NCBI GenBank assembly: GCA_963835065.1 | Contig: CAWIEK010000039.1 | Span: 61,244 to 125,243, forward strand | DNA: 64,000 bases | Direction: 5' to 3' | DNA from: an uncultured Chthonomonadaceae bacterium | Lineage (GTDB): Bacteria; Armatimonadota; Chthonomonadetes; Chthonomonadales; Chthonomonadaceae | Part shown: piece by piece, positions 1 to 8,903 of the stretch | Layout: the number at the start of each line of letters is the position of its first letter | How positions within the stretch are numbered: the stretch's first letter is position 1 | The notes under the pieces: generated by a model | The model's database searches: none | Seen by the model: only the letters and a program-made list of their open reading frames with translations | What the model was told of the DNA's origin: nothing | Made by a program: the position numbers and the translations under genes

Positions 1-2589
1 GCGGAACCCTACGCCAATCCCTCGCCAATCGTGAAAGTGTCGGTTCGGGAGTCCCGCCTGACCGAAGGCGCGACAAACGGCTCCATGCCGCAGATTGACG
101 TGCGCAATAACAACGGCGGCTACGATCCCATCGGCTTCAACATGCAGCCCTCCGCGATCATGGTTCCGCAGGCCGGAACCGCCACGAATGTCTATAACAA
201 GATATTCCTGTACTGGGCGACCAACCGGCAATTCAACCCGGCGGGCAACAACGGCAAGTACAACGTGTCCGGGCTGCCCACGCCGTTCGCGCCGTACAAT
301 CTCGCGTACTCCTCGCTCATCACGCCGTATGCCTACCTGAACGGCTACTATCGGGGCGACGCGGACTTCGGCTACTACAAGGGCAACAACGCGCTGTTCC
401 CGGACAACGTGCGAATGCCGCAATGGTGGAGCGCGGGCTATCCCAAGAACTCGCCGTTCGCGCTGTTGCCGGGCTTCGATATGAACGGCGACCCGCTGGA
501 TTACACCAAGCTGTTTCCGCAGCAGACGGGTTCCAGCAATGTCGTCAGCCCGCCGTCTGTCCGGTACGGCAGCCCCGCCACCACGCTGGCTACGCTGTAC
601 AACGAGGCCACCGGCAACTTCGAGATTGACCCGGAAGCCTACCTGACCGCGCAGGGCATTGCGGACAAGACTTCGGGCACGGATGCGTCGGGCCGCGCGC
701 TTCCGCAGCAGACGGAAACCCGCACGTTTGTCGCGTCGCTGGCGAATCGCTCGGGCAATTCGGAACCGGGAGCGCCGGACTATACCAATAGCACAACCGA
801 TACGTGGTTCAAATCGTTTATCAACGATCCCACGCTGCCCAAACTCAGCCCGCGCCCGCTGCTGGTCAAACTGCGCAGCGCGCCTGTCAACGGCAGTACG
901 CAGGACCTCAAGTTCCTGTACGTGTTCTGGTTTACCGGCGCGCAGAACCGCACAAGCCTGTACTACAACGTGAACGTGCAGGCGGGTGGCCTGAATCAGA
1001 AGTTCGATGACAAGGGCTTCCAGGTTCTGGGCGACCAGAAACTGTCCACGCCCGGCGCGCTGACATGGCAGAGTGATCCGTACCCGGTCTTCCGCCGCGC
1101 TTACGACCCGACATTAGGCCAGGTTGTGGATGCGGTAGACGTGATGTTTACGGGACAATTGAAGAACCGGCAAGTGTCGGAAGTGATGCTGGCCCGCTAC
1201 CGCATCGTGGAGCAGGCGGTTCCGGCTGGCACGAGTACGCCCGCGCTTGCGGTCGGCCAACTGGTTGCGATGCCGTTCCCGACGGTGCATCAGGAAACCC
1301 TGACGCCCGTGCCCGGAACCAACACGTATGCGGCGCGGGACGCGGCCTGGTTCCTGCCCAACGATCAGCAGACGGCGGATACGGCAGCTAACCGCTACAT
1401 GCGTATCTACCTTTCGCAGAAGGGAACCAGCCAACTCTACCTGATTAACAGCCAGGCGTATATCAACGGCGGAACCAATGTCGCCAATGGAACGCAGCGC
1501 GGGCGCATTGACCCGGCTTCCGGCCTGGTCTACTTCAACGCGGTCGCTGTGGATACGGGCACAAACAAAATCGCCATGAACGGCACTCGCCCGGTCTATG
1601 GCGGCGGGCAGATCGTGGTGGATGCGCGGTCTGGTACGGTTTCGTTCCCGAACATCCCGCCCGGCAAAACGGATCGGCTGTATGCGTCTTACACGCCTTA
1701 TCTGCTGCGGGTCAACACGTCCCGCGACGAAAGCAATGTGGAGCGCGACAGCACAGATATTTCGGGCAATCCCAATCCGTATGGCGGTTTCAACCTGGCC
1801 GCCTTCCCGGCGCACCCGGCAGTGTCATCCAGCGGGCAGAACTACTCGCCGACGTTCATCATGGATCGCGCCGCCAACTTCCGGGGTACGCTCCAGTCGC
1901 CGCAGGTGCTGTTCGGCGTCAACAATCAGCCCGCGACCTCGTTCAACAACCAGGGCGCGCTTGTTGGAGGCTCACTGCCGCCCGTAGCTCGCATGTGGGC
2001 GTTCTACCGCAAGACCGACGCGGCGGGAAGCATCAAGGGAACCGTGTTCTTGAAATCGCTGCGGCTGACGGCGCGTTTGCCCCTGCCCGTCGCAACGATT
2101 GCCACTGTAGGTACGGCAACTGCGCCGATTGCCTCGCAACGCATCCAGTCCATAACCGTTACCGGCGTAGATAGGCCATTGACGCGGGGGTATGAGGTGG
2201 ATTGGGTACGCGGGCGCGTGTACTTCCAGGAGGAGGATGAGGGCAATCTCGTCAAGATCAACTATCAGTACTACAATCCGAGAAATGGGCAGTCCGCCAA
2301 TTCCGGCGACCTGTACTACCGGGTAGCGTGGAGCGACGAGATCAGCGCGGCGGGCGTCACCAATGGCGATCAAACAACGCCGGAAGTGGCAATGCCGACC
2401 TCCTCGGTTGTCAACGAAGGCCAGATTGCCGCGTTCAAAGACCCGTACATTGACAAAGTGTGGCTGTTCTGGAGCAGCACCCGCGCGGGAACCACCATCG
2501 GCGCCAACAACAATCCGCTCGGCGAAACCGACCTGTACTACGAAACGCTCGCGCCGCAGTTCTACCCGTCGGCGAGTAATCAGTATTAG
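1..2589 (+). CDS. Large hypothetical (probably secreted, beta-rich) protein, 5'-partial
   Basis: Frame is open from base 1 to TAG at 2589; rich in N/T/G/P/Y; no recognised catalytic motif. Confidence 0.85.
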   Translation, partial: AEPYANPSPIVKVSVRESRLTEGATNGSMPQIDVRNNNGGYDPIGFNMQPSAIMVPQAGTATNVYNKIFLYWATNRQFNPAGNNGKYNVSGLPTPFAPYNLAYSSLITPYAYLNGYYRGDADFGYYKGNNALFPDNVRMPQWWSAGYPKNSPFALLPGFDMNGDPLDYTKLFPQQTGSSNVVSPPSVRYGSPATTLATLYNEATGNFEIDPEAYLTAQGIADKTSGTDASGRALPQQTETRTFVASLANRSGNSEPGAPDYTNSTTDTWFKSFINDPTLPKLSPRPLLVKLRSAPVNGSTQDLKFLYVFWFTGAQNRTSLYYNVNVQAGGLNQKFDDKGFQVLGDQKLSTPGALTWQSDPYPVFRRAYDPTLGQVVDAVDVMFTGQLKNRQVSEVMLARYRIVEQAVPAGTSTPALAVGQLVAMPFPTVHQETLTPVPGTNTYAARDAAWFLPNDQQTADTAANRYMRIYLSQKGTSQLYLINSQAYINGGTNVANGTQRGRIDPASGLVYFNAVAVDTGTNKIAMNGTRPVYGGGQIVVDARSGTVSFPNIPPGKTDRLYASYTPYLLRVNTSRDESNVERDSTDISGNPNPYGGFNLAAFPAHPAVSSSGQNYSPTFIMDRAANFRGTLQSPQVLFGVNNQPATSFNNQGALVGGSLPPVARMWAFYRKTDAAGSIKGTVFLKSLRLTARLPLPVATIATVGTATAPIASQRIQSITVTGVDRPLTRGYEVDWVRGRVYFQEEDEGNLVKINYQYYNPRNGQSANSGDLYYRVAWSDEISAAGVTNGDQTTPEVAMPTSSVVNEGQIAAFKDPYIDKVWLFWSSTRAGTTIGANNNPLGETDLYYETLAPQFYPSASNQY

Positions 2590-2591
2590 GA

Positions 2592-2716
2592 AGTAGTCAG
2601 TAGCCAGTAGACAGTAGTCAGTAGAAATGCCTCACTACTCGAAGCTGTGCAGAACAAGAACAGCTTGCAAGAAACGGGCATTTCTACTGACTACTGACTA
2701 CTGGCTACTGACTACT
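2592..2716. repeat. 40-bp inverted repeat of (GTAGTCA)n heptamers between convergent genes; probable bidirectional terminator
   Basis: Arm 2592-2631 and arm 2677-2716 are reverse complements with 1 mismatch. Confidence 0.9.
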
Positions 2717-3739
2717 CCTCCTCACCCACGCCTCTGCATCGTACTGCAACTGCTGTAAGGTGGCGCGGGCATCGGGGTACTCGCGCTCGAAGTGGAGGCG
2801 GTGGGCGGCGAGGATTTTCAGGTCGCGGGTTCCGGCGCGGCAAAGATAGATCAGTTCGCGGCGTTCAATTTCGGTAAGAACGGCGTTGGTGGGGGCGCGG
2901 AGGGCGTTTTCCACTTCGGGCGGCAGGTCGTAGGAGGCACACGCCAGTTGGTACAGAACTTCAAGGGCGGAAGCGATGTCGTTGGGGTGGGCGGCGTGTT
3001 CAATTTGTTCGGCAATGCTGCGCAGGCGCGTTGCAAGGGCGGAGCGCTCTTTGTCGGCCAGCAAGCGCCAGAATTCTCCGGCAAGCGCGCGGCGATTCGC
3101 GTCTTCCATATCTACACCGAGAATACGGTCGGGAAACGCGCAGGCAAACAGCGCCCACGAACGGATAGCCTGCTGTTGGTTCAAACCCCGCGCGCGCCGG
3201 AACGAACCGCGCTGTAGGGCAAGAGAATGGGTGTACGAGGCAAGCGCATCGGAAAAGGGAAGCGACTGTAACGTTCCATTCTGAGATTGCAGCGTCAGAA
3301 GCTGTTCGGACATTTCTATAGCGACAACAAGCGCCTGCGCGGTCACTTCGGTGTCCCCGTCAGGCGCTTTGATGTTGTCTGTAAAATCCTGCGCGAGTTT
3401 GGATTTGCCTGTAACCGGACGTAATTTCTCCACTTCAACATCGGGCGCGGGAACAGCAAAGGCAAACAGGGGTATGGGCGCGTGACGGCGCAGTCGCTCA
3501 TGCAGCCATTGCAGAGAAGCAGAAGCGTCCTCAGAAAACGGATACAATTCCGCCTGAACGCCACACGCGGCAAGGCCGGGAAGCAGCCAGCAAGTCAGGT
3601 CGGAATGGAGCAGGGGGCTGAAGCCGGAGTGCAGCGCACTCCCTGTCATGCCATGCAGAAAAGCGCCGGACAAGTGGGCGGGAAACAATCGCTCCCCCGC
3701 CTGCCATACGGACCAAAAATCATCGGGCATGTGTTCCAC
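2705..3739 (-). CDS. Hypothetical protein with a C-terminal HEAT-like helical repeat
   Basis: 344-aa ORF; C-terminus (LQQLQYDAEAWVRR) resembles a HEAT repeat end. Confidence 0.7.
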   Translation of the reverse strand: MEHMPDDFWSVWQAGERLFPAHLSGAFLHGMTGSALHSGFSPLLHSDLTCWLLPGLAACGVQAELYPFSEDASASLQWLHERLRRHAPIPLFAFAVPAPDVEVEKLRPVTGKSKLAQDFTDNIKAPDGDTEVTAQALVVAIEMSEQLLTLQSQNGTLQSLPFSDALASYTHSLALQRGSFRRARGLNQQQAIRSWALFACAFPDRILGVDMEDANRRALAGEFWRLLADKERSALATRLRSIAEQIEHAAHPNDIASALEVLYQLACASYDLPPEVENALRAPTNAVLTEIERRELIYLCRAGTRDLKILAAHRLHFEREYPDARATLQQLQYDAEAWVRRSSQ

Positions 3740-3742
3740 TGT

Positions 3743-3809
3743 ACCTCACCCCGGGCGTCCATTTATGGACACCCTCTCCTGGGCGCTCGTTCCTCGCTAG
3801 GAGAGGGGC
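3743..3809. repeat. CCTCACCCC...CCCTCTCC...GGAGAGGGG-type short dispersed palindromic repeat
   Basis: CCCTCTCCT...AGGAGAGGG stem plus an internal GTCCATTTATGGAC hairpin. Confidence 0.6.
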
Positions 3810-3853
3810 TTTTTAGCTTTTCTGAGCAGGATTTTCTTGAACAGAAATAGTTC

Positions 3854-3871
3854 AGTCCGCGCAGGCGGACT
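3854..3871. repeat. REP-like hairpin AGTCCGC-GCAG-GCGGACT
   Basis: Perfect 7-bp stem in intergenic DNA. Confidence 0.5.
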
Positions 3872-4121
3872 TTGTTATCGCAGTCGAGGCAAAAAATTAA
3901 AATGGGTTTTTCCCGGAGAAGGTTACTGGCAACGAAACGGGGCTAAAAGGCGTAAATGGTATGGATATGGAAGCGTTGCGAGCATTATTTTGGCCCGCCC
4001 TCACTTCCCAACTTTGCGCGTTCGCGCCTGTCAACGATCCGACAGCCGAATCTATGCTCTTGGAACTGAGAAATCTTTTGAACGTGAGAAGACGCTCGGA
4101 ACTGAGAAGGAGCCTGCCACC

Positions 4122-4739
4122 ATGCCGGAATTTACCCTGCCGCCCCTGCCTTACGATTATGCCGCTCTGGAGCCGTACATTGACGCCCAGACCATGCAAA
4201 TTCATCACGACAAGCACCACCAAACGTATGTCACGAACCTGAACGCCGCCCTCAAAGATACGCCGGAATTTTTGGAACAGTCGCCGGAACAAATCATTTC
4301 CAACCTGAACGCGATCCCCGAAAGCGCGCGAACGGCGGTACGCAACAACGGCGGCGGGCACGTCAATCATACCCTGTTCTGGGAAATAATGACACCGGGC
4401 GGCAGTACGGCTCCGACCGGCGCATTGGCGGCTGCGATCACAAGCGCGTTCGGCGACGTGGAAGCCCTCAAAAAGCAAGTCAACGAAGCGGCGACAAAAC
4501 GCTTCGGCAGCGGCTGGTCCTGGCTTGTCGCGGACAGCAGCGGCCAGCTGTCCGTCATCAGCACGCCCAACCAGGATAACCCCCTGATGGATGGCAAAAC
4601 GCCCATCTTGGGCGTAGACGTATGGGAACACGCCTACTACCTGAAATACCAGAACAAGCGCCCGGACTATCTCGCCGCCTGGTGGAACACCGTCAATTGG
4701 GACGAGGTTGGCAAGCGGTATGAGCAGGCGAAGAAGTAG
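4122..4739 (+). CDS. sodA: Superoxide dismutase, Mn-type
   Basis: [31 protein letters not shown] and DVWEHAYY motifs; AAGGAG RBS before ATG 4122. Confidence 0.96.
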   Translation: MPEFTLPPLPYDYAALEPYIDAQTMQIHHDKHHQTYVTNLNAALKDTPEFLEQSPEQIISNLNAIPESARTAVRNNGGGHVNHTLFWEIMTPGGSTAPTGALAAAITSAFGDVEALKKQVNEAATKRFGSGWSWLVADSSGQLSVISTPNQDNPLMDGKTPILGVDVWEHAYYLKYQNKRPDYLAAWWNTVNWDEVGKRYEQAKK

Positions 4740-4740
4740 A

Positions 4741-4854
4741 TATTAGGCATTAGGCATTAGATATTAGTGAACACTGCATGGCCTAGCCAAAATGAGGATC
4801 ATGACTGCTTCACCGCTTCTTCTCTAATGCCTAATGCCTAATGCCTAATGCCTA
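4741..4854. repeat. Inverted heptamer arrays (TTAGGCA)n ... (TGCCTAA)n between sodA and fdhD
   Basis: Directly visible complementary tandem 7-mers. Confidence 0.85.
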
Positions 4855-4858
4855 CACT

Positions 4859-5671
4859 ATGCACTCTGAACACACAATTACACGCTGGCAGGGCGAGGCG
4901 AACCGCGCCGCGCAGGATTGCGTCGCCCTGGAAGCCCCTTTACAGATCGTCGTCAACGGCAGGAGCCTGGCCGTGACAATGCGGACGCCGGGCGATGATT
5001 TTGCGCTGGCTGCCGGATTTTTGTATGCGGAAAGCGTGATTGCAAACGGGCGCGATATTGCCGCAATGGAGTATCGGGGCCAGCCCGAAGATAGCGATTG
5101 GGGTAATGTGGTGCATGTCACGCTGCGCCCCGACATGCAGGCAGTGGGTAACAAGGCGCGATTGCAGCGCAACTTTGTCGCGTCCTCCGCGTGTGGCTTA
5201 TGCGGCAAAGCCACTCTGAAAGCCATCAAGTGTCTGGCTCCGCCAGTACCGAACGATGAAGTTGCAGTGTCTTCAGCGGTGATTTGCCAATTGAGCGAGC
5301 AATTGCGACACGCGCAGCAAACCTTTGAGCGTACGGGCGGACTTCACGCGGCAGGCTTGTTCGATCTGAACGGCAATCTGCTTTCCGTGTGTGAAGATGT
5401 CGGGCGGCACAATGCGGTGGATAAACTCATCGGCGCGGAAGTGAGCGCGGGGCGTATACCCTTGAACCAGAACATCTTATTGGTGAGCGGGCGTACCAGT
5501 TTCGAGATACTGCAGAAGGCGGCAATAGCACGGTTTCCGATTGTCTGCGCGGTTTCGGCTCCGTCTTCGCTGGCGGTACAATTGGCCGAGGATTTGAACA
5601 TCACGCTGATTGGCTTTCTGCGCGGCGACACGTTCAACGTTTATGCGGCAGGCAGCCGAATACGCGCCTAA
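4859..5671 (+). CDS. fdhD: Formate dehydrogenase accessory sulfurtransferase FdhD
   Basis: TMRTPG, SSACGLCG, TGGLHAA and EDVGRHNAVDK motifs; start could be 4841. Confidence 0.94.
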   Translation: MHSEHTITRWQGEANRAAQDCVALEAPLQIVVNGRSLAVTMRTPGDDFALAAGFLYAESVIANGRDIAAMEYRGQPEDSDWGNVVHVTLRPDMQAVGNKARLQRNFVASSACGLCGKATLKAIKCLAPPVPNDEVAVSSAVICQLSEQLRHAQQTFERTGGLHAAGLFDLNGNLLSVCEDVGRHNAVDKLIGAEVSAGRIPLNQNILLVSGRTSFEILQKAAIARFPIVCAVSAPSSLAVQLAEDLNITLIGFLRGDTFNVYAAGSRIRA

Positions 5672-5748
5672 CAGACCCATCGCGCCGAACCCGGATTTTT
5701 ATAATCCGGTTGAACGCGGCAGATTTAGCAGACAGCAAACAACACGCG

Positions 5749-6135
5749 ATGAAAATACGATGGACACAAGATAGTGTGCGGCTGCGCATTACGCCTTCGG
5801 AATTGGAAGCGTTGCAGCGCAGCGAGATTGTCAAGGAACGCTTGAGCTTTACGGGAGCCGTCAATGGTTGGGGCGCGGCTATCCTGCCCGGCGTGGCGTC
5901 AACCAGTGTGCAGCTTGTCGGCGGCGACCTCCTTGTAAGATTGTCCGGCGAGGATTGCTGGCGTTTGAGCGAATCGGATTGCGAGGGCGTGTACTTCCAA
6001 TCGGAGGAGGGCGGAACGGTCCGCTACTACATCGAAAAGGATTTCCCGTGCGTTCATCCCCGCGCCAGCGAAGCGCAGGAACCGCTAACAGAAACCTTCC
6101 CCGCCCCAGTAGATTTTGAGGCAAGGAAGCAATAA
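5749..6135 (+). CDS. Conserved hypothetical protein (MKIR...LRI...EKDFPC type)
   Basis: 128-aa ORF from ATG 5749; coding-like composition. Confidence 0.75.
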   Translation: MKIRWTQDSVRLRITPSELEALQRSEIVKERLSFTGAVNGWGAAILPGVASTSVQLVGGDLLVRLSGEDCWRLSESDCEGVYFQSEEGGTVRYYIEKDFPCVHPRASEAQEPLTETFPAPVDFEARKQ

Positions 6136-6158
6136 GGCGTCAGTAGTCGGCCTGAAGG

Positions 6159-8903
6159 CTATTTCGCTTTGACTTCGTAAATAGCCCAGCCATGCGCGGG
6201 TAGGGTGATTTTTCCGAGTGCGATGGTTCCGCCCCGCATGGTATAGGGAACGGGCTTGCCATCCGCCGTGTTGACGATTTGCAGGCCGGGTTTGACGCGA
6301 ACAAACCAGTCGGCAGGGTCGAAGGCAGGCATGACCGTCGCTTCGGCAGCGTCCATGTTCCACAGGCATACGTAACCATAGCGGCCATGCAGCGCATTGC
6401 GCAGATGCAGTAGGCCGCGTACCTTGCTTGAAGCCGCGCCTTGTGCCTGTGTTTTCACCCCTGAAGGTTCCACGTCAAGCGGCTGCGTGAACGCCAGCCA
6501 TTCGCGGTTCTGCCGACTCCAATCCAGCCACTTATGCGCCGCGTCGCGCTCTTCGGCTGTCATCTGCTCCAAATTGCCCTGCACCTCGTAATTGGCGTAC
6601 CGTCCCGCCACGCTCGACCACAGATAATCCAGTTGATCCCGCGTCATTGCCGTTTGCGCTGGCACATAATCGAGTTGTTCGCCCCCCTTTTGAGCAGTCG
6701 GCATCGGCACATGGCACAACGCCTGTCCACACAGCGTAAAAGAAGGCTGCTGAAACAGCGCGTCGTCCGCTTCCGCTTCCCGGCTTTTGGGCTGTAATCC
6801 GTTTACCAGAGCGTTCCAGTAAGCAGAATTCAGTTTTTGGTTCGTAATGGTGTTGGGAACGGTGTAGGGATCAAGCCACTCCTTTCCCAACCATGCCTCA
6901 TGGATTGCAGGCGCGGAAAACGAAGCGGGCTGCCCAATGCCTGCCCCGCTCAACACGATAAAGGATTTGTCTACGCCATGCAGCGTGTCGTTGAACGCGG
7001 CCCACGCTTCCTGCTGCGCGCGCAGGCTGTGCCCGGTAGGATGTTCGTGTTCCGTCGCCATGCAGTCTGCGGTTGGGTGAAAACTGACTTTCAGATACGT
7101 GACGGCCTGTTCGCGGCACAGCGACAGGAATGATTGCGCATCCTGCCGCGCCCAATTTCCTGTAAAACATAAAGGCGGCTGCTCTTCGGCCTCATCGGGC
7201 AGGGGCTTGTACAGCCATTCCGGGTGCAGCAGCGCGGCCTGCGAACCGGGACTGGCCGCCGTTACATCCGTCCACAATCCGAACCGCATTTTGTTGAGGC
7301 GCACAAGCGTGGAGATGGGCAATAAGCCCTGCGGGAACTTGATCTTATCGGTCAGCCAGTCGCCGTAGCGCCCGGTTTCCACGGCGCGGTTGGTCTGCCA
7401 GCCGTCATCCAAGACAAACGCCTGCAAGCCCAATGCGGCGGCGATGGGAATGATGGTTTCACACGTTGCGGCGTTTATCTGATCTTGATACGCGAAGCGC
7501 GTGTTGTAAGCGAAGGGAATGGAGTCGGGCGTTCCCCGCGCCACATACTGGCCCAGATAGAGTTGATACAGAAACGCGGGAACGCCTGCATTGCCGTGCC
7601 AAAAGGCTGTCAAGGATTTGGCGGTGCGCAGCGGTGTTTCCGCCTTCAAAGCGGCGTACAGATTGATAGTAGGCGCAGCGTTGTGATTGTCGGAACGAAC
7701 TTCACTGCCCGCGTCCAATCCGGCGGTCAGCAGCACATCTTCCGAAGCCGCCCCCGCCGTGTCCGTAAACGTGCCGACGAAATTGCCTGTAGAAGACGCT
7801 TTGCTCCAACCCTCCGGCAGCAGCCACCGATCCAGCGTCACGGTTTCCAGCAGAAAACTGGATTTGCGGTGATGCACAAATGAAAACCACTTGGCAATCG
7901 TCGGCTCTTCCCCCGCGTGAATCTGGTAGCACACATCCAGTTCAAAGCCTTCGTACTGCTTCAAACCCGACAGGCTGATGGTTAAAATCTGGCTGTTATC
8001 CTCGCCCGTATTGATGGTGTGCTGCATCAGTTGCCAGTTGCCGGTCAAATTCAGGTTGGGGGGAGAAGTTCCCACTTCCACGATGTAGGCGGGCGAGGGA
8101 GACGCATTGCTATTCAACTTCATGGCAATGTGCCGCGCGCCGAGAGGAAGATCAATCTGTTCCGGGTGTCCGGTGACGCGCTGTACGCCTGTCTCGTCTG
8201 CCGTCGGACTTCCATCCGCGTAAACCTCATCCCCCGGCACAATTCCATGCGGCAGGTACAGCGCATAGGCATGTCCGGCTTTCAAGCGTCCGGCAGGAAT
8301 CGTTGCCCGATACCAATGCGGCGCGTGGCCGCTTTGCCCGTCCGCCGTTCCTACAGGGGGTGATTGGCGAAAATCTTTCCACTTGCTGTCATCGTAATTC
8401 GGCTGCATCCACGCGCTGCCGGGAGCGGCATCAGCAACTTTCCAGCCCGCAAGCGGCTGTGGCGTTTCCAGCAGGGGCGACGCAAAACTGATTTCGCCCT
8501 CCCCACCCGGCGCTTGCCTGAGAACATGATGCGTTTTCAGGTCGCGCAGCGCAACCGTTTCCAAGCCGCCCGTCTTCGCATCGTAACGCACAACGCGCTC
8601 CACGCCCTGATTGCGCAGCGTCCACGTCGTTTTGCCCTTATCAAAGGTGATAGTTGGGCGCTTGGTCGTATCGAAAAAGTCGGCGCGATAAGTCGCCCGC
8701 GCCTGCCCCGCCATTAACAGAATTAACAGGAACACACTTGCCAATCTACAGGTCAGAGTATACAGTGTAAATACCAGCGCTCGAAGCCAACGAAATGAAT
8801 TTCGTTGCTGTAGGGCCTGCGGCCAAGTGTCCGCCTGCGCGGACACGAACAGTTTTCCAGAGATGCCTTGTTTCAGTTGTGCTGACGCAGGATGTTTCTT
8901 CAC
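6159..8903 (-). CDS. Secreted GH36/alpha-galactosidase-like protein with N-terminal beta-sandwich domains
   Basis: FVLDDGW, GDW...KFPQGL and FGLW motifs; overlaps the upstream gene by 4 nt; true start uncertain. Confidence 0.75.
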   Translation of the reverse strand: MKKHPASAQLKQGISGKLFVSAQADTWPQALQQRNSFRWLRALVFTLYTLTCRLASVFLLILLMAGQARATYRADFFDTTKRPTITFDKGKTTWTLRNQGVERVVRYDAKTGGLETVALRDLKTHHVLRQAPGGEGEISFASPLLETPQPLAGWKVADAAPGSAWMQPNYDDSKWKDFRQSPPVGTADGQSGHAPHWYRATIPAGRLKAGHAYALYLPHGIVPGDEVYADGSPTADETGVQRVTGHPEQIDLPLGARHIAMKLNSNASPSPAYIVEVGTSPPNLNLTGNWQLMQHTINTGEDNSQILTISLSGLKQYEGFELDVCYQIHAGEEPTIAKWFSFVHHRKSSFLLETVTLDRWLLPEGWSKASSTGNFVGTFTDTAGAASEDVLLTAGLDAGSEVRSDNHNAAPTINLYAALKAETPLRTAKSLTAFWHGNAGVPAFLYQLYLGQYVARGTPDSIPFAYNTRFAYQDQINAATCETIIPIAAALGLQAFVLDDGWQTNRAVETGRYGDWLTDKIKFPQGLLPISTLVRLNKMRFGLWTDVTAASPGSQAALLHPEWLYKPLPDEAEEQPPLCFTGNWARQDAQSFLSLCREQAVTYLKVSFHPTADCMATEHEHPTGHSLRAQQEAWAAFNDTLHGVDKSFIVLSGAGIGQPASFSAPAIHEAWLGKEWLDPYTVPNTITNQKLNSAYWNALVNGLQPKSREAEADDALFQQPSFTLCGQALCHVPMPTAQKGGEQLDYVPAQTAMTRDQLDYLWSSVAGRYANYEVQGNLEQMTAEERDAAHKWLDWSRQNREWLAFTQPLDVEPSGVKTQAQGAASSKVRGLLHLRNALHGRYGYVCLWNMDAAEATVMPAFDPADWFVRVKPGLQIVNTADGKPVPYTMRGGTIALGKITLPAHGWAIYEVKAK

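Noticed and set aside
3837..4121. N-terminal extensions of ORF-track calls (sodA; also 11920, 49382, 54118, 57660, 59172)
   Set aside because: Better starts with an RBS lie downstream where family homology begins
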